A stretch of DNA of 42,579 bases, taken from a virus. Taxonomy: Duplodnaviria; Caudoviricetes. This document shows positions 42,463 to 42,579 of this stretch, piece after piece; the first letter of the stretch is position 1, and every line of letters starts with the position of its first letter. Both the position numbers and the translations under genes were made by a program. Location: positions 1-42,579 of the IMG/VR virus record IMGVR_UViG_3300030372_003754, one strand, 5' to 3'. Under the pieces are notes generated by a model. The model was not told the DNA's origin and did no database searches. It saw only the letters and a program-made list of their open reading frames with translations.

Positions 42463-42482
42463 CAAATCACATGGAGACTATC

Positions 42483-42579
42483 ATGCTGGACGTGTTGATG
42501 AGCAATGACTCTAAACCAGGCCTAACTGCCTGCTCGAACAAGGGCTTTCGTATGACCTTCCCCAATGGCTGGACCGTTT
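42483..42579 (+). CDS. 5' end of a hypothetical phage protein (truncated)
   Basis: GGAG RBS. MLDVLMSNDSKPGLTACSNKGFRMTFPNGWTV is open to the window end. Confidence 0.65.
   Translation, partial: MLDVLMSNDSKPGLTACSNKGFRMTFPNGWTV

Noticed and set aside
1-42579. Alternative genetic code, introns or inteins in polymerase, terminase or primase; tRNA genes
   Set aside because: Standard-code ORFs tile the window densely, the core enzymes are uninterrupted and of normal size, and I saw no cloverleaf in the gaps.

Overview
The whole window is a tailed dsDNA bacteriophage genome segment with podovirus-like architecture. I see no cellular housekeeping genes, integrase, RNA polymerase, tRNA or CRISPR array. 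On the + strand (1-4134) lie the acidic tail of a probable SSB, a family-A DNA polymerase fused to an N-terminal family-4 uracil-DNA-glycosylase-like domain, a small Rad50/SbcC-like ATPase and a 47-aa basic ORF. A ~35.5 kb - strand block (39636 down to 4135) reads in this order: excisionase-type HTH, P4/D5-type primase-helicase, a sigma-region-4-like protein, possible TerS, TerL, portal, FmdB-type Zn ribbon, scaffold, major capsid, capsid cement, adaptor, nozzle, three tail proteins, ejection proteins (one of 1979 aa), a decoration/fibre cluster (LamG domain, several cement-like domains, an 844-aa internally duplicated fibre), small basic proteins, a YkuD-like putative endolysin and a membrane protein. 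The 39640-41390 control region holds a consensus sigma70 promoter, an iteron origin (CTGTAACC repeats around an AT core), two divergent promoters with shared motifs, three phased TGACA-N3-TGTCA palindromes and a structured leader RNA. Small early-type genes follow on +. The least explained signal is a set of three hairpins with different stems but the same GAAGA loop core, exactly 21 nt apart, in a 5' leader at 12232-12288. Protein calls come from motif recognition and synteny only; no database search was run.
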